Source of the DNA: a virus
Lineage: Duplodnaviria > Caudoviricetes
Reading direction: 5' to 3' (one strand)
IMG/VR virus record: IMGVR_UViG_3300028591_000094
Span: 1-64,000 of that record
DNA: 64,000 nucleotides
The position numbers and the translations under genes are program-made. Shown here in pieces: positions 29,130-38,048 of the stretch (its first letter is position 1; every line of letters begins with the position of its first letter). The notes under the pieces were generated by a model. The model saw only the letters and a program-made list of their open reading frames with translations. It did not search any database and was not told the DNA's origin.

Positions 29130-29997
29130 GCGTAAGATAGATGTGTTTAATCTTCTCGGCAACCAGCTGGCACTCTGGGTCTGCGTGACCGTCGCATCTG
29201 CGCCAGAACAGGTTCTGCCAGGCGTCATCATATCCGCACAACCTCAGCTCGGCTTTGACACCGAGAGGCAGTATGCGCTTTAGCTGCTGGGCTTCTGGAC
29301 AATATGTCGACAACGCCGTATATTTTGTCTCGTCAATCTCAAACTCCTTTATTATCGAGTTATAGGTCTCAGTCTTATCCTTCCACCACACTGGGTCTAT
29401 GAAAGTCAGCTCGCTGCCGAACTTACCCTTGGAGTAGTTACAGAAACGAGTGCTCTCGCATACACTGGAGAGCGTGATGTGCGTCCTGAAATCGTCGGTA
29501 GCACCCCTTGACGCCAGCATTGTAAATGTACGGCGTTTCTCGTGCAGCTCGGTTGGCTCACATCCGAACTCGAACACATCGGCAAGCCAGTTTCTCGCAT
29601 AGCCGTTCCTCCAGGCTTCCAGGTCGGTGCCATATGAACCCTGCATTATGACACGCATGTTGGTTGTGATGCACCAGCAGCCTGTCTCGCTGTCAAAGAT
29701 ACGGTGAGTCCAGATACTGTCGGTATACTTCTCCCAACGATAAAACTGGCGGGAATGATACCACTCCATCGGCACCGCTGCTGTCGACGGGATTTTCATA
29801 TAGACCGTGCCGAACTCCAGCGGGCGGCTGTGCCCGTTCTTCAGAAGAACTTGTTCAACAAATTCCCTGGGGGAAAGTTTCATCTTTTCGGTATCGGTCT
29901 GGTAACAGACGACGGCGGCATCCCTGATAGCTTCATATATTCCGTCGATTCCAGGCTTCTGGAAATATTCTTCAACTTTGTTTGGAATTAATCTCAT
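29095..29997 (-). CDS. thyX: FAD-dependent thymidylate synthase (ThyX-like)
   Basis: AVVCY, GHSRPLEFG, RTH..LS...ESTRFCNYSK, LPLG.K, R...HADPE. Confidence 0.85.
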   Translation of the reverse strand: MRLIPNKVEEYFQKPGIDGIYEAIRDAAVVCYQTDTEKMKLSPREFVEQVLLKNGHSRPLEFGTVYMKIPSTAAVPMEWYHSRQFYRWEKYTDSIWTHRIFDSETGCWCITTNMRVIMQGSYGTDLEAWRNGYARNWLADVFEFGCEPTELHEKRRTFTMLASRGATDDFRTHITLSSVCESTRFCNYSKGKFGSELTFIDPVWWKDKTETYNSIIKEFEIDETKYTALSTYCPEAQQLKRILPLGVKAELRLCGYDDAWQNLFWRRCDGHADPECQLVAEKIKHIYLTPSQGANPSAEV

Positions 29998-30006
29998 GTT
30001 TCTCTG

Positions 30007-30192
30007 TTAAGAATCTAATTTGAATTTGTTCGCATAGATAGCTCTCTGTCTCTGTCGGCGCTTTATCACCGACGGCTTGGTGTATTCCTGACGGTCACAC
30101 AATTGTTTGGCAATTCGAAGATTGGTGAACTTGCGTTTCAACTCTTTGAGGGCACGTTCAATGTTGCCGTCCAAAACTTTAATTATTATCAT
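30007..30192 (-). CDS. rpsU: ribosomal protein bS21
   Basis: MIIIKVLDGNIERALKELKRK...RQEYTKPSVIKRR. Confidence 0.9.
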   Translation of the reverse strand: MIIIKVLDGNIERALKELKRKFTNLRIAKQLCDRQEYTKPSVIKRRQRQRAIYANKFKLDS

Positions 30193-30445
30193 TTGTGTCG
30201 GATATTGTTGTTGGTATAGTTTCCTCTGCCACAATCTCGACCGCTGGCTGTCTCTCGTACCACTTCACGACCGTATCGCAGATTGTGTCTGTCTTGGTTA
30301 TTATTATAGTGTCGTGCACTGGAACAGGGTTGTCGAACCCACGTCGCCGTGTCGGTAACACGAACAGAAGTATGACAACTGTTAACAACAGTATACAAAC
30401 AGTTAGCTTGAGACCTAAAGCCTCGAAATCACTCATTATTTTCAT
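30179..30445 (-). CDS. small membrane-anchored protein
   Basis: N-terminal TM, DTI repeats. Confidence 0.6.
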   Translation of the reverse strand: MKIMSDFEALGLKLTVCILLLTVVILLFVLPTRRRGFDNPVPVHDTIIITKTDTICDTVVKWYERQPAVEIVAEETIPTTISDTNDNN

Positions 30446-30512
30446 GTTGATTTAAAAATAACAGATTTTACACTCTTTGTTCTTTTCCTTACACAGCTCA
30501 ATGTCGTGTTTG

Positions 30513-30572
30513 GTGCCTAAGGCTCTCGCCTTTCAAAAGCCGCTGAATCTTTAGTTCAGCGGTAGTTTACTG
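30513..30572 (+). repeat. 60-bp exact copy of the IS605-type right end at 26927-26986
   Basis: GTGCCTAAGGCTCTCGCCTTTCAAAAGCCGCTGAATCTTTAGTTCAGCGGTAGTTTACTG occurs twice. Confidence 0.9.
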
Positions 30573-30591
30573 TATGTGTAAATTTAAATGA

Positions 30592-30882
30592 TTATAGGTA
30601 CCATATGGGAATGCCAGCTTCGTGGGCGATTTTCTTTTCCACCTTGGCGCCTTTAGAATCAACCCAGTCGGGCATCATGACCACAAGGTCGCATTTCATC
30701 ATGACAGGGATGCATGTTTCCATACACTTGCCCCAATCCCAGTCGTCGTCGCATAGGTCGGTCGGGGTGATGATGTCACCATATTCCACGTGTTTGGCAA
30801 CCTCGTCCCTGCATTCGTTGAATTTCTTGTGGAACTCTTCGGGCGTGAGTCCGCTAACTTTTCCAGCAATGTAAACTTTCAT
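30592..30882 (-). CDS. DUF4406 / nucleoside deoxyribosyltransferase-like protein
   Basis: KVYIAG.VSG...CD......W..SKGAKVE. Confidence 0.85.
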   Translation of the reverse strand: MKVYIAGKVSGLTPEEFHKKFNECRDEVAKHVEYGDIITPTDLCDDDWDWGKCMETCIPVMMKCDLVVMMPDWVDSKGAKVEKKIAHEAGIPIWYL

Positions 30883-30892
30883 AATTTTTTTT

Positions 30893-31135
30893 TTAACTTT
30901 TTAATGATTTTGCATATCCTTTTTTACCGTCAATTTCGTGCTTTTTGTTGCGTTGCTCCAGCATGTTTGTCACCTTCTGAAACTCGCTGAGCTTGGTCAT
31001 CGAGTACTCTCTGCCGTCTATTGTACGGATGAGCATTTCACCAAGTTTTGAACAACCAGCTGCAATTATCACACTATCGTCCACAATCCAAGTGAACTCT
31101 CCAGGTCTGTGTTGTATTTTGCTAGAACATTCCAT
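30893..31135 (-). CDS. hypothetical protein
   Basis: 80-aa ORF. Confidence 0.6.
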   Translation of the reverse strand: MECSSKIQHRPGEFTWIVDDSVIIAAGCSKLGEMLIRTIDGREYSMTKLSEFQKVTNMLEQRNKKHEIDGKKGYAKSLKS

Positions 31136-31154
31136 AGTTTCTCGGTTTTGAACA

Positions 31155-31460
31155 TTACTCCGCAGTGAAATCAGCTTCCGTCAACTGGTATTTCCCAATA
31201 ACTTCCCTGCCAATCTCGACAGAGTTGAGTGCCTCCACGATGGTCTTGGCATCCTCCTTGGAAAACAGCTTTAAGCTCCCTTGGGGTTGCTCTAGCTTCC
31301 GTCCGCATACCTTGACCTCGTCCTTCCTGAAAGTGAACCACACCATATCCTCGCCACATTGCGGGTGGTTGAAACTGACCATCACCGCCGTTATGTTAGT
31401 GTGCGGGTCAAGCATGTCTCCCCCGATGCTCTGTATTTCAAGATTACTGGCAACTTCCAT
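31155..31460 (-). CDS. hypothetical protein
   Basis: 101-aa ORF. Confidence 0.65.
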   Translation of the reverse strand: MEVASNLEIQSIGGDMLDPHTNITAVMVSFNHPQCGEDMVWFTFRKDEVKVCGRKLEQPQGSLKLFSKEDAKTIVEALNSVEIGREVIGKYQLTEADFTAE

Positions 31461-31463
31461 CGG

Positions 31464-31769
31464 TCAGTCGATTAATCTGTTAATATAGTCAGCAACGGCG
31501 CTCTTGGACTGGGCACCGACCATTTTATCTTTCAGTTCACCATCTTTGAAGTACAGCATCATAGGGATGTTGCGCACACGATAGCTTGTGACAATCTCAT
31601 CATTGTCCGCAATATCCAGGGTCAAAACCTTGGCTTTACCTTCGAACTCACTGGTAATCTCTTTCATTATAGGTTCCATCGTTCTGCAAGGACCGCACCA
31701 CTCAGCCCCGAACTCAACAACAACCACACTGTTGCTTTTCAAAATTTCGTCTAGTTCGTTTTTTGTCAT
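31464..31769 (-). CDS. trxA: thioredoxin
   Basis: WCGPC active site, 101 aa. Confidence 0.95.
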   Translation of the reverse strand: MTKNELDEILKSNSVVVVEFGAEWCGPCRTMEPIMKEITSEFEGKAKVLTLDIADNDEIVTSYRVRNIPMMLYFKDGELKDKMVGAQSKSAVADYINRLID

Positions 31770-31943
31770 GATAATTTAGATTTTTGAGTTATTAATCACT
31801 ATTAATATACGACTTTTTCAACAAGTGTTTACACTTTTTTTGAAGAAAAAATGAAAAAAACCCCGCAAAACAGCAGGGTTTTCATGAGTGAACTCTAACA
31901 ATTCTATGAAAATCCACTGGACACCGACGCGGAGCGCATCCGC

Positions 31944-32471
31944 CTATTCGTCCTTTGCCAAGTGCCCCTTGAATGTAAGTGTATATTTTTCTTTTTCTTC
32001 TTTCGGTTCGTCGGCTGGCTTCTCCTCCTCTTCCTTTTTGTCAAAATTGAATAAATCGACTTCCTTAATCCACTGGTCAACCTTGAACGACGGGCAAGCT
32101 TTATTGGCAAATTCATAGTGACCGTGCACGCTGCCCTCTTTAAGATTATATTTCTTTATCAGCTCTCTGCACAGCTCATACAAAGCCTTCTTCTGCTCGT
32201 CGGTTCTGGTGTCCTTCGCGGTCTTGCCGTCCTTAGCACATCCGCCGATATAACAGATTCCAATTGAATTTGAATTGTGACCTGTGGTGTGGGCACCAAC
32301 CTTTTCAATAGGTCTGCCGTCATTTACGCTTCCGTCGCGGTATATGACGTAGTGATAGCCTATATCGTTGAAGTTTCTCTTAAGATGCCACTGTCTTATC
32401 GTCTCGACCGTGTAATCCTTACCCTCTGGGGTTGCCGAGCAATGCAGGATGATTTCGTTAATCTTTCTCAT
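31944..32471 (-). CDS. N-acetylmuramoyl-L-alanine amidase (T7 lysozyme-like endolysin)
   Basis: IILHCSAT, DIGYHY, GAH..GHN.NSIGICYIGG, GH...KACPSF. Confidence 0.93.
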   Translation of the reverse strand: MRKINEIILHCSATPEGKDYTVETIRQWHLKRNFNDIGYHYVIYRDGSVNDGRPIEKVGAHTTGHNSNSIGICYIGGCAKDGKTAKDTRTDEQKKALYELCRELIKKYNLKEGSVHGHYEFANKACPSFKVDQWIKEVDLFNFDKKEEEEKPADEPKEEKEKYTLTFKGHLAKDE

Positions 32472-32479
32472 TTTAATTG

Positions 32480-32495
32480 TATTTATATATAAATA
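32480..32495. promoter_or_regulatory. back-to-back TATTTATA motifs (putative late promoters) between divergent genes
   Basis: perfect palindrome TATTTATATATAAATA. Confidence 0.6.
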
Positions 32496-32528
32496 TAAGG
32501 AAATTTCCGTTTATAACCAAATTTAGGT

Positions 32529-33200
32529 ATGAAAAAAACTGTCAAATTGACTGAAAGTGAGTTGAAAGGATTAATCAAAGAGGCTGCAACTCGCGTCCTC
32601 AACGAATACGGCGGCATGAAGTACCGCTACCACAAGGAACCTCTTCACATATATAATGGAATGGTTGTGCTAAGGCACGACTCGAGCACCAGAATAACCA
32701 ACGGCAAGATTGACCGCACTGGGCGCGGATACAACGGATATTCCAAAAATTCCGACAGGGGAAACTACTTCTGGGCGTCGGAATCGATAGGTCACGACCC
32801 CTCGAACGGGAAAATGTACAGTTACTACTGTTTTGTCGACCCGTCGCTGATATATGACTACGAGAAAAATCCGAAAGGATACGAGTCTCTCGACGATGCA
32901 ATGGACAACGAGCCGTATGTGTCTGGTCGTTGGGGTGACGGTGCAATCGCTGTCATGACCGACCACCCAACACCGATTTCCTACATCTGGAGTGACGACC
33001 ACAGTGGTGACGACCTCGACAGTGGTCTGTTCGACGCCAAATGGCACATGCTCCGAAGTGGAACCGTCACATACAGGAAAAGAATCAACGCCGCCCTAGC
33101 GAGAAAACTAAGACCTAACATTGACAAACCAGTTCCAGATTTTCTCGCAGACTATGGTTTCAGCTATGAAGACGTTGTCAACCACGAAGTCTATTATTAA
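32529..33200 (+). CDS. putative virion-packaged protein with LTESEL leader, possible ADP-ribosyltransferase-like domain
   Basis: MKKTVKLTESELKGLIKEA...VLNE; LRHDS...GNYF. Confidence 0.65.
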   Translation: MKKTVKLTESELKGLIKEAATRVLNEYGGMKYRYHKEPLHIYNGMVVLRHDSSTRITNGKIDRTGRGYNGYSKNSDRGNYFWASESIGHDPSNGKMYSYYCFVDPSLIYDYEKNPKGYESLDDAMDNEPYVSGRWGDGAIAVMTDHPTPISYIWSDDHSGDDLDSGLFDAKWHMLRSGTVTYRKRINAALARKLRPNIDKPVPDFLADYGFSYEDVVNHEVYY

Positions 33201-34186
33201 TATCGCAACTGCTTGAAATACTGAATTGTTCTGTTGATTCCGTCAGCAAACGAAACCTTAGGTTCCCAACCGAGAACTTTTTTTGCCTTTGAGATGTCTG
33301 GCTTTCTGACAAGCGGGTCATCCGATGGCAACTCCTTAAAAACTATTTTGGATTTATCATCCTCGCCATTCACAACTTTGTTGATATGTTTGGCTATATC
33401 CAGTATTGTCATTTCGTTGGGGTTTCCGAGATTGACGGGACCGATTTCATCCGAATCCATCATCAATAACAGTCCTTCAACCAAGTCGTCCACATAACAC
33501 AGACTCCTGGTTTGTGACCCGTCGCCATAGACGGTGATGTCCTTCCCGTCTAACGCCTGGTTGATAAAATTGGAAACACAACGCCCGTCGTCTGGTCGCA
33601 TATAAGGACCGTAGGTGTTGAATATTCTTACAACACGCACATCAACGCCTTGTTTTCTATGGTAATCGAAACACAGCGACTCACCACATCTCTTCCCCTC
33701 ATCATAACACGACCTGATACCACTACAATTCACATTTCCCCTGTAGCTTTCTTTCTGCGGATGTTCCAACGGGTCACCGTAGACTTCGCTCGTTGATGTG
33801 TACAGGTACCTGCAGCCGTACTCCCTTGCGATTTCCAGCAGATTTATACTTCCGTCGACACAAGTCCTGGTTGTATGTATCGGGTCGGCTTGGTAGAACG
33901 GAGGCGACGCTGGGCATGCCAGGTTCCAAATTCGGCACTCATTGCCTTTCACATAAGGCATGATGTTACGTTCCATTATCGCGTTCAATATCGGCTTGTC
34001 AACAATGTCACAAACCCATGCAACAACCATCGGATTATCCAGTGATTGAATGTTTTCAACCACTCCGCTCGATAGGTTGTCTAATATGAATATGAAGTTA
34101 TTATCATCCTTCAACAAACGTTTGACCAGGTTCATACCGATGAACCCAGCCCCACCTGCAATGATATGGTATTTGATTTCATCCAT
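33197..34186 (-). CDS. NAD-dependent epimerase/dehydratase, UDP-glucuronate decarboxylase-like
   Basis: GGAGFIG, LACPASP, TSTSEVYGDP, YDEGKR, RIFNTYGP, DDP..RKPDI. Confidence 0.92.
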   Translation of the reverse strand: MDEIKYHIIAGGAGFIGMNLVKRLLKDDNNFIFILDNLSSGVVENIQSLDNPMVVAWVCDIVDKPILNAIMERNIMPYVKGNECRIWNLACPASPPFYQADPIHTTRTCVDGSINLLEIAREYGCRYLYTSTSEVYGDPLEHPQKESYRGNVNCSGIRSCYDEGKRCGESLCFDYHRKQGVDVRVVRIFNTYGPYMRPDDGRCVSNFINQALDGKDITVYGDGSQTRSLCYVDDLVEGLLLMMDSDEIGPVNLGNPNEMTILDIAKHINKVVNGEDDKSKIVFKELPSDDPLVRKPDISKAKKVLGWEPKVSFADGINRTIQYFKQLRY

Positions 34187-35028
34187 TATTCTTGAGTTGT
34201 TTCCTCTTTATGTTCTTCAATGTACCACTCGTCGAGTTTTTTCTCAGTCTGGCGCCACTCGGTGTCGTTGAAATAGTGTCCAGCGTTACGCTTTGCGTCC
34301 AGACAGTGTTTGCATAAATCAAACTTGGCTGTGTACATGAACTCAACAACATCCGTCTTGAACGGCTTGGCTGTAAGGTCTATGTATTCGTCACCCTCCA
34401 CTTTCAACTTATGCTGCCCCTTGAAATACTCGTCAAAATACTTGAATTGGGCGGCATACTGGCAGGGATACAGCTTTCCGTCGACCAACTGACAACAAGC
34501 ACCCCTCGATGCACATGTATAAATTTCCTCATCATCAGTGCATTCGTTTCCCGAGAAAAACACCTTATGGAAGTGTTCGGCGTTCAAACGGTAGTTCAAA
34601 GTGCCGTCAATTTTGGACGGGATATCCCAAAACTTGTCACCCACAAGCGGATAATACGTTCCCAGTACGTTGATATTGTTCTCATGTATCACAGCCTTGT
34701 ATTTGTCCATTGAGTCCGCCCTGGTTCCGTTGGTGTACATTGTTATCTCGTTGTATGGAAAGTATTGTCGGGCAATTTGCATGATTTCATCTAGCTGAGG
34801 ATGAAGCGTACACTCGCCGCCTGTTAGTGTCAGTCCCACGAAACAGTCAGCATAACAGCTCAGAATCTCCAAGTCCTTTTTTATTGTGTCAATCGTCTTG
34901 TGTCCCACCGTCGGCGGTACGAGACACGAAAAGTGACCGCAGCTCACGCAGTTGAGGTTACAGCGGTCGGTTACATGGTAGTCTATGTTATCTATTTTCC
35001 TAGGCATCGTATCTGCAAATAAACACAT
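34186..35028 (-). CDS. radical SAM protein
   Basis: CNLNCVSC, TGGE, TNG; C-terminal Cys cluster. Confidence 0.9.
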   Translation of the reverse strand: MCLFADTMPRKIDNIDYHVTDRCNLNCVSCGHFSCLVPPTVGHKTIDTIKKDLEILSCYADCFVGLTLTGGECTLHPQLDEIMQIARQYFPYNEITMYTNGTRADSMDKYKAVIHENNINVLGTYYPLVGDKFWDIPSKIDGTLNYRLNAEHFHKVFFSGNECTDDEEIYTCASRGACCQLVDGKLYPCQYAAQFKYFDEYFKGQHKLKVEGDEYIDLTAKPFKTDVVEFMYTAKFDLCKHCLDAKRNAGHYFNDTEWRQTEKKLDEWYIEEHKEETTQE

Positions 35029-35779
35029 CTTCCTCGCTGGGCAAAATCGACGTGTAGCCCAGTTTGGTTATAAATCCGAATAAATCGTATCTCATTTTTT
35101 TCTTGGCTTCGGACAGTTCTGGGGAATCTGTTTTCTCAACATTCCACGACTCTACAACCAACGTTGGATATTTCGATTCCTTTATCGTCTCGACGGCGCC
35201 CTTCAGTACGTTCAGCTCAAAACCCTCCACGTCGATTTTCATCAATCCGACATTCTTTATACCGAAGGAATCCAAAGTCTTGACTGGCAGTTCCGTACTA
35301 TGCACATAGTCGTTTTTGTACCAGTCGTACATATGCTCGATAGCATGTGAGGTTGGGTCGTCCGTCGCCTTGGTGAACTTGTTTCCGCCGCCCAATTCAT
35401 CTAAAAAGGTGTATTTCAACGTTTCGTCTTTATCTGACAGCCCCATGTTCACTAGTGTGGTTTTTTCGGACAGATTATATAGAGCAATATTACCACACAG
35501 GATATTATATACATGTCTGTTCGGTTCAAAGGCATATGAATGTTTGAAAATTGGCGCCAGCACCATGGTGTAGGTTCCAACATTAGCCCCGACATCGATG
35601 AACACCTTGTCGCCCATTTTACCCTGCAGTTCGTTAAGCAGGGTGTTTATAGTGTTTACCTCGGTTGAATACATCCCACTCAACAGAAGGTTGGTGGCAA
35701 ACCCCATGTCGTCGGGCATGAAGTAGGCTCCAGATGGGTCTAGATGCTCAACCCGTTCCTGATACTTGTAATAAATCAT
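35000..35779 (-). CDS. FkbM family methyltransferase
   Basis: IDVGANVG, AFEPN, MKIDVEGFE..VLKGA. Confidence 0.92.
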   Translation of the reverse strand: MIYYKYQERVEHLDPSGAYFMPDDMGFATNLLLSGMYSTEVNTINTLLNELQGKMGDKVFIDVGANVGTYTMVLAPIFKHSYAFEPNRHVYNILCGNIALYNLSEKTTLVNMGLSDKDETLKYTFLDELGGGNKFTKATDDPTSHAIEHMYDWYKNDYVHSTELPVKTLDSFGIKNVGLMKIDVEGFELNVLKGAVETIKESKYPTLVVESWNVEKTDSPELSEAKKKMRYDLFGFITKLGYTSILPSEEDVFICRYDA

Positions 35780-35938
35780 TGTCTAAATTTGTTTACGGTT
35801 AACGTGCAAGAAAGTCCACTGCTTTAGCTGTGGGATGAATTGCATTCTATTATTAATATACGAAAATTTTCCAACATAGTCAAACAAAAAAAAAGCCGCT
35901 ACAACAGCAGCGGCTCTTTGATAATGAAAAGGTAACGA

Positions 35939-36325
35939 TTATTTCTTGGTAATCTGTTTTGGTAGGAGTTTAATCCATTCAAGGATTTTCTGCATAAACT
36001 CATAGCTCCATGCGCCGTTTGCCATACCAGTCATACCGACAATCACACCAACCACGAATGCCCAGCTTGTCCAACAAGTCACGCAGAAAGCAGCAAAGAT
36101 GCCAATGTTGAAACCGAGACCGATAGCCAGCACAATGCCAGTGCAGACGAACGAAGTGATGAACGAAAGCATGTGGTCAGGCCATTTCTTGCCAGCCTCT
36201 TTCGCCTTTTTGTACCAGTCGAATTTTGCCGACCAGTTCTTCAGAATCTGAGTCAACGCCACAACCAGGGCTGACAGACCGAGCAGACTATAGACCGCAG
36301 CGGTAATCATTTCAAATGTAATCAT
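35939..36325 (-). CDS. multi-TM membrane protein (holin candidate)
   Basis: three or more hydrophobic segments in 128 aa. Confidence 0.55.
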   Translation of the reverse strand: MITFEMITAAVYSLLGLSALVVALTQILKNWSAKFDWYKKAKEAGKKWPDHMLSFITSFVCTGIVLAIGLGFNIGIFAAFCVTCWTSWAFVVGVIVGMTGMANGAWSYEFMQKILEWIKLLPKQITKK

Positions 36326-36370
36326 AATTTAGAAATTTTTGTGATTGAAATTATTAATTGTATTTTCTTT

Positions 36371-36982
36371 TTAGAGAATTTGTTGTGTGTCGAGTGCTTC
36401 CGACGCATCGATAATCAGACCAGTGTGGGAGTTCATTACCACAAAGTCGTTCGGGGTGCCGAATAGGTAGTATGCCTCGATGGGGAACGGGGGGTAGATG
36501 GGAACTCGCAATACGCATACATTGCTGTTGGGTACAATGCCGTCCCAAGCCTGCAGGTGGCGAACAGCCTCATCCAATGTCATCATAAGGGTGTCGTTCA
36601 CATCGATTGGAGCACATTCAAGCCATTGTCCTTTGATAAACTCAATATCAACACTGTCGGTACCGTAGCATCCCTCATGGTGGGTGAACTTTACACATGT
36701 ATCCTTGTCCAACAGCTGGAACAGTACGATAACTTCCTTCACCTTCATACTGTCGGGATTGACGTGAGCAACTGTGGTGTCGAAATGCGCCTCGGCGAAA
36801 TACATCGCGAAAGCACTGTCGCCATAGGTGTCGACCATGTAGGCGTAATCAGCCATGTAGCAGTCCTCGAAATCATAGGTGTCGGGTTTCACCTCTGGGT
36901 TGTGAGTGCAAGATTTGCAGCTCGTGCATGCCATCGCCAGAACACAGGTGATAAGCGTGAAAATAATCTGAATTTTTTTCAT
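36371..36982 (-). CDS. lipoprotein-like protein, paralog of 37025-37636
   Basis: signal ...LAMAC; shared DYAY, DTC..F.H, R.P.YPP.P motifs. Confidence 0.75.
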   Translation of the reverse strand: MKKIQIIFTLITCVLAMACTSCKSCTHNPEVKPDTYDFEDCYMADYAYMVDTYGDSAFAMYFAEAHFDTTVAHVNPDSMKVKEVIVLFQLLDKDTCVKFTHHEGCYGTDSVDIEFIKGQWLECAPIDVNDTLMMTLDEAVRHLQAWDGIVPNSNVCVLRVPIYPPFPIEAYYLFGTPNDFVVMNSHTGLIIDASEALDTQQIL

Positions 36983-37024
36983 GTTTTAAATTGAATTTAG
37001 TTATTGAATAATATTAATTGGATT

Positions 37025-37636
37025 TCAGACGCCAAGCATAAGCATCTTTAACAAATCTCCGTAAGTCGTCCCTTCCTCCTCTCGAATGTCTTGGATAGGG
37101 TTCCCAGTCTCCGAATCAATTGCGTACATGCCTTTACCGAAAATCCACCAACCGTATTCAGGGTAGGGAGGATACAAAGGACGGCGGAATGTAACACTCT
37201 GGGTGGGCAATCCCTCACGTAGGTCTTTCACAATGGTCATACAACCCTCGAACGAAATGTTGTTGCGTGGCTCGATGTCGAGACATCCGCCCCAGTTGTA
37301 GCCTGGACTGTACACGGTGTCGTCACCCTCTGGACTGTGGATAAATGTGATACAAGTATCCCCATGTTGAAAGACTGTGTTTACACCGTCGACAGCAGCG
37401 TCCATATTGTCGATGGTCTTGTTGAAGTGGATATCCACCTCGTAAAAATGGAATGTGTCGTACTGACTTGCTAAATAGGCATAATCGTCGTCCATATATT
37501 TCTGGACATTGAGCGACACGGTGAAGGGCGACTCCACAACGTCGACTTTCTTAACGGAACGTGCATTGCATGACACAACGACGCCGAATACGGCGACCGC
37601 GCACATCATCAAAAATAATCTTAGATACTTTTTCAT
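37025..37636 (-). CDS. lipoprotein-like protein, paralog of 36371-36982
   Basis: signal ...VVSC; same motifs. Confidence 0.75.
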   Translation of the reverse strand: MKKYLRLFLMMCAVAVFGVVVSCNARSVKKVDVVESPFTVSLNVQKYMDDDYAYLASQYDTFHFYEVDIHFNKTIDNMDAAVDGVNTVFQHGDTCITFIHSPEGDDTVYSPGYNWGGCLDIEPRNNISFEGCMTIVKDLREGLPTQSVTFRRPLYPPYPEYGWWIFGKGMYAIDSETGNPIQDIREEEGTTYGDLLKMLMLGV

Positions 37637-37878
37637 TGTTTATTGTCGTTTTTGTCAATACCATTGTCCTCGCAAAACGTGCGGTGCTCGACTGGTATGA
37701 AATCGACACGGATTGACTTGTACTGGTCGTCGTCAGTCATGTCTACCTCAAAACCTTTGACCGCGCAAAGATTGATACCGAAATTGTTCGGAAACGTACT
37801 GAGAAATCCCGAAGGGATAATACAATCTTTTTCGTTGCACTGTGCAATCGCCTCTTCTGTGGTAATGTACTTTTTCAT
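37633..37878 (-). CDS. hypothetical protein
   Basis: MKKYIT start preferred because the longer ORF overlaps a tRNA. Confidence 0.6.
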   Translation of the reverse strand: MKKYITTEEAIAQCNEKDCIIPSGFLSTFPNNFGINLCAVKGFEVDMTDDDQYKSIRVDFIPVEHRTFCEDNGIDKNDNKQ

Positions 37879-37914
37879 CTTGTTTCTTTTTAATTTAGTT
37901 ATTGAATTATTTCG

Positions 37915-37996
37915 TGGCTCGGGAGGGACTCGAACCCTCACCCCCGTAGGGACCTATTCTTGAGACAGGCGCGGCTACCAATTACGCCACCGAGCC
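37915..37996 (-). tRNA. tRNA-Leu(CAA)
   Basis: cloverleaf, CCTGT-CT CAA GA-ATAGG. Confidence 0.92.
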
Positions 37997-38048
37997 GATT
38001 GTACGGGGTTTTTATTGTTTTATAAAGTCAGGCGCTACCTGACACTCG

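Noticed and set aside
31860-31946. Possible TAG-to-Gln recoding (Lak-like), suggested by an open frame continuing past the amidase TAG
   Set aside because: Long conserved genes are intact in code 11, several (e.g. metK, tnpB) end at TAG at expected lengths, and no CUA suppressor tRNA was found
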